From contig JADFWU010000016.1 of assembly GCA_015234045.1 (NCBI GenBank), positions 239 to 64,238 of the forward strand: DNA of 64,000 bases. Reading direction: 5' to 3'. The stretch's first letter is position 1; the number at the start of each line of letters is the position of its first letter. This stretch comes from Magnetococcales bacterium. GTDB taxonomy: Bacteria > Pseudomonadota > Magnetococcia > Magnetococcales > JADFWU01. Of this stretch, positions 39,701 to 49,794 are shown piece by piece. Below the pieces are notes generated by a model. The model did no database searches, was not told the DNA's origin, and worked only from the letters and a program-made list of their open reading frames with translations. A program made the translations under genes and the position numbers.

Positions 39701-40930
39701 ATGGCCAGCACCGATAAACAGAGCATGGGCTTGAAGGTCTACCTGATCATCACGCTGGCCTATTGGGCCTTTACCCTGACCGATGGTGCCATTCGGATGT
39801 TGGTGGTACTGCACTTTCACAACTTGGGCTTTGCACCGCTTAAGATCGCCTTTCTGTTTCTGTTCTATGAAATTTTCGGTGTAATCACCAATGGCGTTGG
39901 CGGTTGGATCGCGGCACGTATCGGCCTGAATCGCACCATGATCACCGGCGGTTTTCTGCAAGTTGCCGCCCTGGCCATGCTGGCGGCTGATCCCACTTGG
40001 TTGACGGTTAGCTATATCATGGCATCCATGGCACTGTCTGGCATTGCCAAAGATCTTAATAAGATGAGCGCAAAATCCAGCGTCAAGCTGGTGGTACCCA
40101 AAGGCGCAGAAGCGGAAACCCGGCTGTTTAAGTGGGTTGCCATTCTCACCGGATCAAAGAACACTCTGAAGGGCGCTGGATTTTTTCTAGGTGGTTTTCT
40201 GCTGTTTAGCATCGGGTTTCGCGGATCCATGGCAGGCATGGCGGCAGCGCTGTTTCTGGTCTATCTGCTCACATGGTGGTTTCTGCCCTCGGATATGGGC
40301 ATTGCCAAAGCCAAATTCAGTCAGATTTTTTCCAAATCCCGTGAAATTAACATACTTTCTGCGGCCCGTTTCTTTCTGTTCGGCTCTCGGGATGTCTGGT
40401 TTGTCGTGGGTTTGCCGGTTTTCCTCGCCTCGGTAACCGGCTGGAGCCATCTGGAAGTAGGTGGCTTTCTGGCACTCTGGGTGGTGTGCTACGGCTTTGT
40501 TCAGGCCGCTGCGCCCACCATGTTGAAAAAGAGCAACCATGGACGCGGTCCGCAAGGTGCCAGCGCACGTAACTGGGCCTTTCTGCTGGCACTCTTTCCT
40601 GTGGGGCTCGCACTGGCACTGATGCAACAAACTGATCCCGCGTTAGCCCTCATCATCGGGCTATTTTTATTCGGTGCAGTATTCGCCATCAACTCTGCGG
40701 TTCACTCCTATCTGATTCTAGCCTATTCAGACCATGACAAAGTCGCCATGAACGTTGGCTTTTATTACATGGCTAATGCAGCCGGACGTCTGACCGGTAC
40801 GGTACTCTCCGGTTGGGCCTATCAAACACAGGGTCTAATCGGCTGTTTATGGTGGTCTACCGGGTTTGTGTTAATGGCGGGACTCATCTCGGTATTGTTA
40901 CCTCCTGTTCGACAAACACAGCAAGAATAA
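39701..40930 (+). CDS. arsJ: Organoarsenical efflux MFS transporter
   Basis: YWAFTLTDGAIRMLV, FLFYEIFG, SGIAKDLNKMSAKS, LTGSKN.LKG.GFF, NSAVHSYLI, VGFYYMANA.GRL. Confidence 0.93.
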   Translation: MASTDKQSMGLKVYLIITLAYWAFTLTDGAIRMLVVLHFHNLGFAPLKIAFLFLFYEIFGVITNGVGGWIAARIGLNRTMITGGFLQVAALAMLAADPTWLTVSYIMASMALSGIAKDLNKMSAKSSVKLVVPKGAEAETRLFKWVAILTGSKNTLKGAGFFLGGFLLFSIGFRGSMAGMAAALFLVYLLTWWFLPSDMGIAKAKFSQIFSKSREINILSAARFFLFGSRDVWFVVGLPVFLASVTGWSHLEVGGFLALWVVCYGFVQAAAPTMLKKSNHGRGPQGASARNWAFLLALFPVGLALALMQQTDPALALIIGLFLFGAVFAINSAVHSYLILAYSDHDKVAMNVGFYYMANAAGRLTGTVLSGWAYQTQGLIGCLWWSTGFVLMAGLISVLLPPVRQTQQE

Positions 40931-41104
40931 TTTCACCACGTCGCCAAATAGACATTAATTATGGTAAAATGATGTGGTTCATGTTTTCAGTCACTTCTAC
41001 CATGATGAAGCCTGACTATACACATGAGGTGCCCCCTAGCTTGGTATATTGACACTGCATTACTGCGCTTTGCTGTATGCATAATTTGAGATGGACCAAG
41101 ATCA

Positions 41105-42901
41105 ATGCCTCATCAACCGGCGATTTTATCGCACAAGACGCGACTTAACCAAAGTCAGCGCATTGTCCCATGGTTTCTCATGGCTTTGCTGACAATTGCA
41201 CTTTTGGTTACCAACACCGCACGCGCCACCGACAACACGACACACCATTCTGATGCGCGTCCACTGATCATTGCCTCTGCCAACTACCCGCTGTTCACTT
41301 TCCCTGATCAGAATGGAGAACCCGTCGGCATTACCGTTGACTTCTGGAAACTCTGGTCTGAAAAAAAAGCCCTGGATGCCATGAAAGCTGATGGCACTTT
41401 TGACCGACTACTTACCGAATGGGTGCCAGGCATCCTCAAAGTTGCTGGACGCTTGGATGAAATACCGTATGACCTGGCCATGGCAGTCCGCTCTGATTGG
41501 CCTCAACCTGTGGAGACACTTAATCAGGGCATAGCCAATCTCTCTCAGGAAGGCATTGCCGATCTGGTAAGAAAAGGGGAGGTAGTCCGCCATGAACCAA
41601 CCGTAAATCCAGCACAGTTGTGGAAACCTGCCCTTGCCATTCTACTCCCCATTTTGATTGTTCTCGTACTGTTCATCTATTGGAACCGACATCTGCGACG
41701 TGAAGTGGAAGAGCGCCGCCAAGCAGAAAAGGCGCTTCGCACTGCCAAAGAGAGCGCCAATGAAGCAAACCGCGCTAAAACCGAATTCCTTGCCGTAATG
41801 AGCCATGAAATCCGCACGCCAATGAACGTCCTGCTCGGCATGGTAGAACTGGTTCTGGAGGCGGAAGATGACCCGGATAAACGCCATTATCTCGGCATTG
41901 CACAAAGCTCTGGTCAAGCATTAATGACCTTGATCAATGATATGCTCGACTTGTCCCGGATTGAGTCTGGTAAAATTGAGTTGGAATCCACTCCGTTTCA
42001 TATTGGCAAACTCATCGAAGATGTCGCACATATCTTTTCCATCTCCGCATCGGATAAAGGCGTTGAACTCACCGCTCACTGTGCGGATGACGTGCCAGAA
42101 TGGGTAACCGGAGACACACCACGCATCCGCCAACTACTGATCAACCTATCCGGCAATGCACTGAAATTTACCGATTCAGGCACTATTTTGATCTCTGCCG
42201 AAAACGCAGGAACACATAAAATACACTTCTCTGTGCGTGATAGCGGCATAGGCATTCCGCAAGACAAGCTGGATATGATTTTTAAGCCTTTCAGCCAAGC
42301 CGATGCTGGCATGTCGCGTCATTTTGGCGGCGTGGGTTTGGGACTCTATATCTGTTCCCGGATCGTAGACAAAATGCAGGGTCGAATATGGGCTGACAGC
42401 ACCCAAGGTGAGGGTAGTACATTCCATTTGGAGCTTCCTCTACCTGCTACTGAAGCCGTGATAGATGAACAAACCGACTCTACAAAAAACAGCCTGTTAA
42501 CCACTCAAAACAGGGTTGGAAAAAAAATTCTTCTAGTCGAGGATAGCGAAGACAACCGCTTGCTCATTCAAGCGTTTCTTAGAAAAACACCACACCATCT
42601 CATCATGGCAGTCAATGGCGCAGAAGCAGTAGATCTATTCAAACAGGATCATTTTGATCTGGTGCTGATGGATGTCCAAATGCCTATCAAGGATGGCTAC
42701 GCCGCAACCCGAGAAATCCGCCAGTGGGAAAAGCAACACTGTAAAGAACCAACCCCGATTCACGCCCTCTCCGCCCATGCGTTTTTGGATGCCCAACGCC
42801 ACAGCCTTGAAGCCGGTTGTGATGGGCATATTACCAAGCCGATTGCCAAAGCCAAACTATTGAAGTTTCTTGAAACCATAGCAATTTCCACGCAAAATTA
42901 G
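41105..42901 (+). CDS. Hybrid histidine kinase with a truncated solute-binding-type sensor region
   Basis: MSHEIRTPMN, NLSGNALKFT, GGVGLGL, REC MDVQMP; periplasmic part shows only fragments of SBP_bac_3-like sequence. Confidence 0.88.
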   Translation: MPHQPAILSHKTRLNQSQRIVPWFLMALLTIALLVTNTARATDNTTHHSDARPLIIASANYPLFTFPDQNGEPVGITVDFWKLWSEKKALDAMKADGTFDRLLTEWVPGILKVAGRLDEIPYDLAMAVRSDWPQPVETLNQGIANLSQEGIADLVRKGEVVRHEPTVNPAQLWKPALAILLPILIVLVLFIYWNRHLRREVEERRQAEKALRTAKESANEANRAKTEFLAVMSHEIRTPMNVLLGMVELVLEAEDDPDKRHYLGIAQSSGQALMTLINDMLDLSRIESGKIELESTPFHIGKLIEDVAHIFSISASDKGVELTAHCADDVPEWVTGDTPRIRQLLINLSGNALKFTDSGTILISAENAGTHKIHFSVRDSGIGIPQDKLDMIFKPFSQADAGMSRHFGGVGLGLYICSRIVDKMQGRIWADSTQGEGSTFHLELPLPATEAVIDEQTDSTKNSLLTTQNRVGKKILLVEDSEDNRLLIQAFLRKTPHHLIMAVNGAEAVDLFKQDHFDLVLMDVQMPIKDGYAATREIRQWEKQHCKEPTPIHALSAHAFLDAQRHSLEAGCDGHITKPIAKAKLLKFLETIAISTQN

Positions 42902-43181
42902 ACAGAAAATCCCGACCAGGACTGGAACGACTGACTGTTCAAATTTCAGACGAAATCCCCGTATTGCCCGAATAGACGTATAAATTTACGCATCAAGACA
43001 ACTTTAATAGTTTAAATATATATATATATAGGATATAAATACCTACGACCAGTAAATTGGGTTGTAAAAATCTTTGACAATAAAATAATATTAACCATTT
43101 ACTGTATTCACATTTCCCAGATTATTAAATCTGCTTAAAGAATCCATATTTTCAATGAACTGCTGATAGGGGGAGTGCGCA

Positions 43182-43964
43182 GTGCATGACTTTATTTCGG
43201 TAACTGAAATGGCAGGCGATCATGTCAGTACAGAACAGGTTGATCGCCTTTATCAACGCTATGGTTGGGCTATGCCCTATTGTCGTGATCGGGATGTGCT
43301 TGAAGTCGCTTGTGGTACTGGTGCGGGACTTGGTTTCCTCAAGTCACACGCACGCTCGCTGATCGGCGCTGATCTATGTGACAACGTGCTCTCAACACCT
43401 CGACTTCATTACGGAGACCGTATTGATATCCGAACGTTTGACGCACAAGACATCCCACTGCCCGCCAGTAGTCTGGATGTCGTCATCCTATTTGAAGCAC
43501 TCTACTACCTACCTGAACCATTACGCTTTTTTCAATCCTGCCAACGGGTATTGCGTCCTGGCGGTCATCTCTTGATTGCAACTGCCAACAAAGATCTGTC
43601 TGATTTCAATCCCAGTCCGTTAAGCACAACATATTTTGGCTCAGTAGAGTTGGCCCAAACGCTCAACCAACACGGTTTTGAGGTGTCGCTGTATGGCAAT
43701 ACGCCCTATGAAAATACGGGCCTGCGACAACGCACGCTCCGCCCTTTGAAACAGGCTGCCGTATCGCTGGGCCTACTCCCTAAATCCAAGGCGGGCAAGA
43801 TGCTATTGAAGCGGTTTGTTTTTGGCAAGCCGACACATTTTCCTTGGGAAATCAAACAATCATCGATTCAACACGCAGCACCTGAGCCAATTTCAAACAC
43901 TGAGCCTGACCAATCCTTCAAAGTGATCTTTTGCGAGGCAACGTTGAAACATGCCACACAGTAA
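43182..43964 (+). CDS. Class I SAM-dependent methyltransferase
   Basis: VLEVACGTGAG, DAQDIP, RVLRPGG. Confidence 0.88.
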   Translation: MHDFISVTEMAGDHVSTEQVDRLYQRYGWAMPYCRDRDVLEVACGTGAGLGFLKSHARSLIGADLCDNVLSTPRLHYGDRIDIRTFDAQDIPLPASSLDVVILFEALYYLPEPLRFFQSCQRVLRPGGHLLIATANKDLSDFNPSPLSTTYFGSVELAQTLNQHGFEVSLYGNTPYENTGLRQRTLRPLKQAAVSLGLLPKSKAGKMLLKRFVFGKPTHFPWEIKQSSIQHAAPEPISNTEPDQSFKVIFCEATLKHATQ

Positions 43965-43978
43965 GCGTTGACACAGCC

Positions 43979-45091
43979 ATGCACTCTGTTCCCTTTTTCG
44001 ATTATCAGGCACTGTTTCGACAGCATGGTAACGCAATGATGGCCATCATTGCGGATTGTGCCGAGCGTGGCGCATTAATCATGCAGCAGGAACTGCTCGA
44101 TTTTGAAACAAAGCTGGCCAAATTCATAGGCGTAGACCATGCCATCGGCGTTGGAAACTGCACGGATGGGCTCTATCTGGCATTAAGTCAATCCGGCATC
44201 GGTGCTGGCGATGAAGTCATTTTTCCGGCTCATACATTTGTTGCCACCGCCGGTGCCATTAAACAGGCCAATGCCATACCCGTTCCCGTAGAGTGTGGTA
44301 CGGACCATTTGATTGATCCCAACGCAATAGAGCAAGCCATCACCCGCAATACACGCGCACTATTGCCGGTCCAACTCAACGGGCGTGTGGCACAAATGGA
44401 CCACATTCTCGCTATTGCCAAGCAGCATGATCTATTGGTGATTGAAGATGCAGCCCAAGCGCTGGGCGCGACGTTTCAGGGTAAAAAAGCGGGCAGTTTC
44501 GGTCTTGCCAGTGCATTCAGCTTCTATCCTGCCAAACTCGTTGGCGGATTGGGCGATGGCGGTGCTGTGGTGACCAATGATGCGGTATTGGCGAACAAAA
44601 TCCGCGCCGCCCGAGATCATGGACGAGATCCAGAGCAGGGTACTATCCAATTTTGGGGGATGAACAGCCGATTGGACACGATCCAAGCGGCGGTACTCTC
44701 CTATCTGTTGGATCATTTTGATGAGGTGATCATCAAACGCCGTCACCTGGCCAATCTCTACAATGAACAGTTACACGATCTTGATGATCTGACTCTACCA
44801 CCAGCGCCGTCTGATCAGGGGGCCAACTGGGATGTATTTCAAAATTACGAGATTGAAACCAGTCACAGAGATCAATTGAAAGCGTATTTGAACCAACAGG
44901 GGATCGGCACCGCGCTTCCTTGGGGCGGTCAAGCGGTTCATCAATGGGCCAATCTTGGCTTTTCCTGTGCACTTCCGGTCACTGAACGCATCTTGTCACG
45001 GTCGTTGATGTTGCCGTTGAACATGGCGATAAAGGATGCCGATGTGCGCTCTGTCTGTCAGACCATTCGAGGCTTTTATGAACAGGTCTGA
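43979..45091 (+). CDS. DegT/DnrJ/EryC1/StrS sugar aminotransferase
   Basis: GDEVI.PAHTFVAT, IEDAAQALGA, SFYPAK..GGLGDGG, NSRLDTIQAA. Confidence 0.93.
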   Translation: MHSVPFFDYQALFRQHGNAMMAIIADCAERGALIMQQELLDFETKLAKFIGVDHAIGVGNCTDGLYLALSQSGIGAGDEVIFPAHTFVATAGAIKQANAIPVPVECGTDHLIDPNAIEQAITRNTRALLPVQLNGRVAQMDHILAIAKQHDLLVIEDAAQALGATFQGKKAGSFGLASAFSFYPAKLVGGLGDGGAVVTNDAVLANKIRAARDHGRDPEQGTIQFWGMNSRLDTIQAAVLSYLLDHFDEVIIKRRHLANLYNEQLHDLDDLTLPPAPSDQGANWDVFQNYEIETSHRDQLKAYLNQQGIGTALPWGGQAVHQWANLGFSCALPVTERILSRSLMLPLNMAIKDADVRSVCQTIRGFYEQV

Positions 45092-45932
45092 AGCGTGCCA
45101 TAAAGCCTGGCAAAACGACACGCCAATGCTTGCAAAACATATCCGTAAACATGCTTTAATGATGACCAATCGAGGCAATACCGCCCATATCGGCTCTATT
45201 CTTTCCATGACAGATATCATTGCCGTGCTTTATGGCGCGGTGATGCGTTTTGATGCGGCCAAACCGGATTGGATCGGACGAGATCGCTTTATTCTCAGTA
45301 AAGGTCATGCAGCCGCTGGTGTTTATGCGGCTTTGGCAGAGTGTGGGTTCTTCTCTACAGATATCTTAAAAAGTCATTGCCAATCCAATTCACCTCTGTG
45401 TGGCCATCTCACTCATAAGCCCCTTCCGGGGATTGAGCACTCTACCGGCTCTTTGGGCCACGGCTTATCTGTGGCATGTGGTCGGGCATACAGCTTGAAA
45501 AAATCCGGTTCGGACAGTCGCGTTTTCGTTGTAATGGGCGATGGCGAATGCGATGAGGGTGCCATATGGGAAGCGGCACTGTTTGCCGCACACCATCAGT
45601 TGGATAACCTGGTAGTGATCATTGATCGCAATCACTTACAAAGCATGACCACCACGGAGAATACCGTAAAGTTGGAGCCATTCGCTGATAAATGGCGGGC
45701 ATTTGGCTGGGCTGTGGATCAACTGGATGGTCATGATCATACCGCTCTGAATACACGCTTGACCACCCTGCCCTTTCGTTCGAATCAACCCAACTGCCTG
45801 ATTGCCAATACGGTAAAAGGGTGTGGTGTTGGCTTTATGGAAAACCAGGTACTTTGGCACTATCGGTCACCGCAAGGCAGTGAATTCATTGCAGCCTGTC
45901 ACGCACTTGAGCATGGAGACAATAGTGCGTAA
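45078..45932 (+). CDS. Transketolase-like N-terminal (TPP-binding) subunit
   Basis: HIGS.LS, RDRFILSKGH, STGSLGHG, GDGECDEG.IWEA. Confidence 0.92.
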   Translation: MNRSEACHKAWQNDTPMLAKHIRKHALMMTNRGNTAHIGSILSMTDIIAVLYGAVMRFDAAKPDWIGRDRFILSKGHAAAGVYAALAECGFFSTDILKSHCQSNSPLCGHLTHKPLPGIEHSTGSLGHGLSVACGRAYSLKKSGSDSRVFVVMGDGECDEGAIWEAALFAAHHQLDNLVVIIDRNHLQSMTTTENTVKLEPFADKWRAFGWAVDQLDGHDHTALNTRLTTLPFRSNQPNCLIANTVKGCGVGFMENQVLWHYRSPQGSEFIAACHALEHGDNSA

Positions 45933-46866
45933 TGCGTTTATTGAAACACTCATCACCCTGGCTGAGAAAAATCCTCGCCTGATGTTGATAACCGCTGATT
46001 TGGGATTTCGGATTTTTGATGATTTCATAGAGCGCTTCCCAGAACAGTTTCTCAATGTGGGTGTAGCGGAACAAAATATGATCGGTGTGGGCACCGGTCT
46101 GGCTCAGGAAGGATGGACTGTATTTGCCTATTCCATTGGCAACTTTTCCACACTGCGCTGCCTGGAACAGATTCGCAATGATGCTGCCTACCATAATGTC
46201 AATCTGACCGTTGTGGCATCCGGTGGCGGGATGGCTTATGGCACGTTGGGCATGTCACACCACGCCACCGAAGATTTGGCTATCTTGCGTGCTTTGCCTG
46301 GCATCACCGTGACTGCGCCCTGTGACGTATTGGAAACAGTGCAACTGACACAGGCGTTAGCAGATCGACCGGGTGTCGGCTATCTGCGTCTTGAGCGCAG
46401 CAGTAGTCTGAAGTCTGATCAACCTGTGCATTTAGGTCAACCACGGCGATTACGCGAAGGAAACGACCTGACGTTGATGGCCACTGGCGGCATTGTTTCC
46501 GAAGTAATGGCCGCCGCAGAGATGATGGTCAACCATGGAATCGAAGCCCGTGTATTGAGCATTCACACGGTGAAACCACTCAACCCTTCTGAAATCCATG
46601 CAGCCATCATTGAAACGGGCGGCATTGTCACAGTTGAAGAGCATACTGTAATGGGCGGGTTGGGCAGTACGGTGATGGAATGCTTTGTTGAACAGGGTAT
46701 GACACCGGGCTTTTTCATGCGTCTGGGATTACCGGATCGTGCGGTGGACCAAGTGGGCGATCAAGCCTGGTTGCGTACGCATTATGGATTGGATGCAGTG
46801 GCCATTGTCCAGCGTACACGCCAACTGTTTGCGACAAAAAAAACGCAACACTGTGGTATCCAATGA
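45925..46866 (+). CDS. Transketolase-like C-terminal subunit
   Basis: TADLG, NVGVAEQNMIG, CLEQIRND, SHHATED, TVEEH...GGLGS. Confidence 0.92.
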   Translation: MRNAFIETLITLAEKNPRLMLITADLGFRIFDDFIERFPEQFLNVGVAEQNMIGVGTGLAQEGWTVFAYSIGNFSTLRCLEQIRNDAAYHNVNLTVVASGGGMAYGTLGMSHHATEDLAILRALPGITVTAPCDVLETVQLTQALADRPGVGYLRLERSSSLKSDQPVHLGQPRRLREGNDLTLMATGGIVSEVMAAAEMMVNHGIEARVLSIHTVKPLNPSEIHAAIIETGGIVTVEEHTVMGGLGSTVMECFVEQGMTPGFFMRLGLPDRAVDQVGDQAWLRTHYGLDAVAIVQRTRQLFATKKTQHCGIQ

Positions 46867-47600
46867 AACGTCTGATGGACATCCTGTTGGCACTGATCGG
46901 GCTTTTACTCTCAGCCCCTGTTGTGCTGGTTTTCATGCTGCTTGTCTGGCGACAAGATGGTCATAGCCCATTTTATCGCGGAGAGCGCATTGGGTTACAG
47001 GGTCGTGTGTTTCGCATGACCAAACTACGCACCATGATACACAACGCCCATCAAAGTGGTGTCGATTCCACATCCACATCGGACAGACGCATCACGCCGG
47101 TTGGTGAACGGATTCGCCGTTTCAAACTGGATGAGCTAACCCAGCTTTGGCATGTATTGATTGGTGAGATGTCTCTGGTGGGGCCGCGTCCGAATGTTGC
47201 TGCGGATGTCGCACTGTATACCAACCGCGAACGGGACCTGCTTTCGGTATTACCGGGTATCACGGATCTGGCCTCTATCGTATTTGCCGATGAGGGCGAC
47301 ATCCTACGCCACAGCCAAGACCCGGACCTGGATTACAATCGCCTGATCCGACCTTGGAAAAGCCGCCTGGGCCTACTCTATGTTCAAAATCGCTCGACAT
47401 GGCTGGATATACAGATTATCTGGTTGACGATCCGTGCGCTGATCAATCGCCCTTCCGCTTTGAATCGTCTGGCACGCTGTGTGAGGCGGCTGGGCGGTTC
47501 AGAATCGCTCTGCCAGGTGGTGTGCCGGGTTGATCCACTCACACCACATCCACCACCGGGCAGTGACGTGATTGTCACGTCACGCAGGATCAATGACTGA
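46863..47600 (+). CDS. Bacterial sugar (phosphoglycosyl) transferase
   Basis: KRLMDI, KLRTM, DRRITPVG..IRR.KLDEL.QL..VL.GEMSLVGPRP, PGITD.AS. Confidence 0.93.
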   Translation: MKRLMDILLALIGLLLSAPVVLVFMLLVWRQDGHSPFYRGERIGLQGRVFRMTKLRTMIHNAHQSGVDSTSTSDRRITPVGERIRRFKLDELTQLWHVLIGEMSLVGPRPNVAADVALYTNRERDLLSVLPGITDLASIVFADEGDILRHSQDPDLDYNRLIRPWKSRLGLLYVQNRSTWLDIQIIWLTIRALINRPSALNRLARCVRRLGGSESLCQVVCRVDPLTPHPPPGSDVIVTSRRIND

Positions 47601-48790
47601 TGCCTGAGTCAAACAGATCCACACATCATAAAGGCATCAACCTCCATATCTATCCCTCCCGGTTTGCCCATCGGACACGGATATTGAAGCAAATGCGAGC
47701 AATCTGGGATTGGCACTGTTTTGATGAGATCCATGTGGTCGCGATCCATGATGGTGTACTGCCACAAGAAGAACAGATTGGACCAGATCAGAGGGTTTTT
47801 CGGCTTACTATTCCCGCCATATTACAGTCAGGTGGTCGATTGCGTCGGGTACTGGCACATCTATTTTGGATGGTTAAGATCCATCGGACCTATGCCAAAC
47901 AGACCATACGCTGTATCAACTGCCATAATCTGGGCACGCTTGGATTGGGTGTCTGGTTCAAAATACGCTACGGTTCACTACTGATCTACGATGCCCATGA
48001 GTTGGAGACTCAGCGCAATGGTTGGCCGACATGGCTCTGTTGGGCTACGGGCGTGATTGAGCGCCTGCTCATTCGATGGGTGGATCAGCTGATTGTGGTA
48101 GGTCCAGCCATTGCAGCATGGTATCAGAATCACTATGGACTGCCGGACAATCGGGTTCATGTGGTCCGCAATGTGCCACAAAAACAGCCGATTATTAGTG
48201 AGTCCATCGACTTGAAACGGCGGATGGGTATTCCTGCGCATCACATACTGTGCATCTATGTCGGATTGCTGGATAGCGGACGCAATATCACCATGATGTT
48301 GGAAAGCTTTTCACGCTGTCATCGGTCAGATATTCACCTGTTGATGCTGGGTTACGGTCCATTGAGCAATACCTGTCAAAGCATGGCACACGCACATGAC
48401 ACGATCCATTATCATCCAGCTGTTGCACCAGATCAGGTGGTCAATTATATCACCGCTGCGGATGTCGGGTTGGTCCTGATTGAACAGAGCTGTTTGAGTT
48501 ACTACTACTGCCTGCCCAACAAACTGTTTGAGTGCCTGATGGCCGGCGTTCCTGTGTTAACAAGCGACTTCCCAGAGATGAGTCAGATTGTTCACACCCA
48601 TGCGTGCGGCTGGTGCATTCCACCCGCTGATGAAGCGCTTGTTAATTTTTTACAAGAGCTTCACATATCCGCCATCGAACAGAAACATCACGGTGCCAAA
48701 CAGGCCGCTTCTCTACTGGATTGGCATCATGAAGCCAACACGATGAAACAAGCTTATCAAGAAATTATCGACAATACACAAAAATACTAA
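47600..48790 (+). CDS. GT4-family glycosyltransferase
   Basis: IYDAHELE, YVG.L..GR, ADVG, LPNKLFE.LMAGVPV..SDFP. Confidence 0.9.
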   Translation: MPESNRSTHHKGINLHIYPSRFAHRTRILKQMRAIWDWHCFDEIHVVAIHDGVLPQEEQIGPDQRVFRLTIPAILQSGGRLRRVLAHLFWMVKIHRTYAKQTIRCINCHNLGTLGLGVWFKIRYGSLLIYDAHELETQRNGWPTWLCWATGVIERLLIRWVDQLIVVGPAIAAWYQNHYGLPDNRVHVVRNVPQKQPIISESIDLKRRMGIPAHHILCIYVGLLDSGRNITMMLESFSRCHRSDIHLLMLGYGPLSNTCQSMAHAHDTIHYHPAVAPDQVVNYITAADVGLVLIEQSCLSYYYCLPNKLFECLMAGVPVLTSDFPEMSQIVHTHACGWCIPPADEALVNFLQELHISAIEQKHHGAKQAASLLDWHHEANTMKQAYQEIIDNTQKY

Positions 48791-48944
48791 CAAAAATATC
48801 AATATGTTACGATATGCATTAGGAAAACTTTGGTGTAATACAATTTTCTAATTGAGATTATTATAATGTTCTGATATTCTAATAATCAGTTGAAGGGGTA
48901 AACACAACCTAACCTAATGATTATTATGGGGATATAGTCAAATC

Positions 48945-49088
48945 ATGGATCGATACGAAATAGAAATTTCCGAAGTGGGTTACACCGTGCAGGACAAGCA
49001 GAACCAGACACCTGTCATTGAAGGCATCCGCGAGTGGGAAACAGCGTGTGAAGTGCATGAAATGATTGTCGGAGAGGACGAAGAGTGA
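48945..49088 (+). CDS. Possible small acidic protein (47 aa)
   Basis: Translated by hand: MDRYEIEISEVGYTVQDKQNQTPVIEGIREWETACEVHEMIVGEDEE. Protein-like composition but weak RBS. Confidence 0.4.
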   Translation: MDRYEIEISEVGYTVQDKQNQTPVIEGIREWETACEVHEMIVGEDEE

Positions 49089-49324
49089 GCCGCATGACTG
49101 ATTCATCAGACCAAACCAGATGCGGTCGTCTCTGTTTCGGATCAATATTGACCGGTATCATACTGTTGCTGTTGATTGTCATCAGCTATCTGCCGACAGT
49201 AATCAACACAGCGCTTTCAGAACGCATTCCGCTTTACTAAGCTGCCGCGTTCCGGCAAGAGTCATATACAATGAGTATGCTCCTCTTGCCGCGCCTTGCA
49301 GACGAACCAATATCCTGCGCGATT

Positions 49325-49351
49325 GGGATAATTTATTTTTTCCGCGACCCT
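49325..49351. repeat. Family C repeat, second copy
   Basis: Identical 27-mer to 30128-30154; preceded by a GC-rich hairpin (CGGCAAGAG...CTCTTGCCG). Confidence 0.75.
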
Positions 49352-49434
49352 AAACTGATCAATCATTCGATGCACAAATGATTGATCAGCCGTTTTCCCA
49401 GATTATCCGCAACTCTATCTCTCTGAGGCAATCG

Positions 49435-49728
49435 TCAGGCAAGCCCGATTCGTGCGGTTTTCTTGCGCAACTGCTTCACCATATCTTCGATCACTCTTTT
49501 TACCATCAATACTTTTTCTGGCGGTTGTTTGCCGGCTTGTTCCATAAAGTAGAGATAGCCGATAAAACCAACCAATCCAATCAGAATGGTTTGAATCACC
49601 ATTTCGATGATTCCGAGAAACAACCAGATCGCTGTCAGGCTGATGGCAGCCAGATAGAGCGGATTTTTGACGATGGTGCGAATCAAAGTGCGTAATTGAA
49701 CAAGCATGGCATCCATTTCTCTGCACAT
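49435..49728 (-). CDS. Small membrane protein
   Basis: Two hydrophobic segments and a basic C-terminus; lies downstream of argJ. Confidence 0.6.
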   Translation of the reverse strand: MCREMDAMLVQLRTLIRTIVKNPLYLAAISLTAIWLFLGIIEMVIQTILIGLVGFIGYLYFMEQAGKQPPEKVLMVKRVIEDMVKQLRKKTARIGLA

Positions 49729-49794
49729 GTAACGTTGGCGAAAGAGTACAGATTAATGAATGCAAGCTACGGACCTATCATCACACCAGAGCCG

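Noticed and set aside
43010-43032. (TA)n run upstream of the glycan cluster as a phase-variable promoter
   Set aside because: Short run in a generally AT-rich spacer; no promoter elements could be placed around it with confidence.
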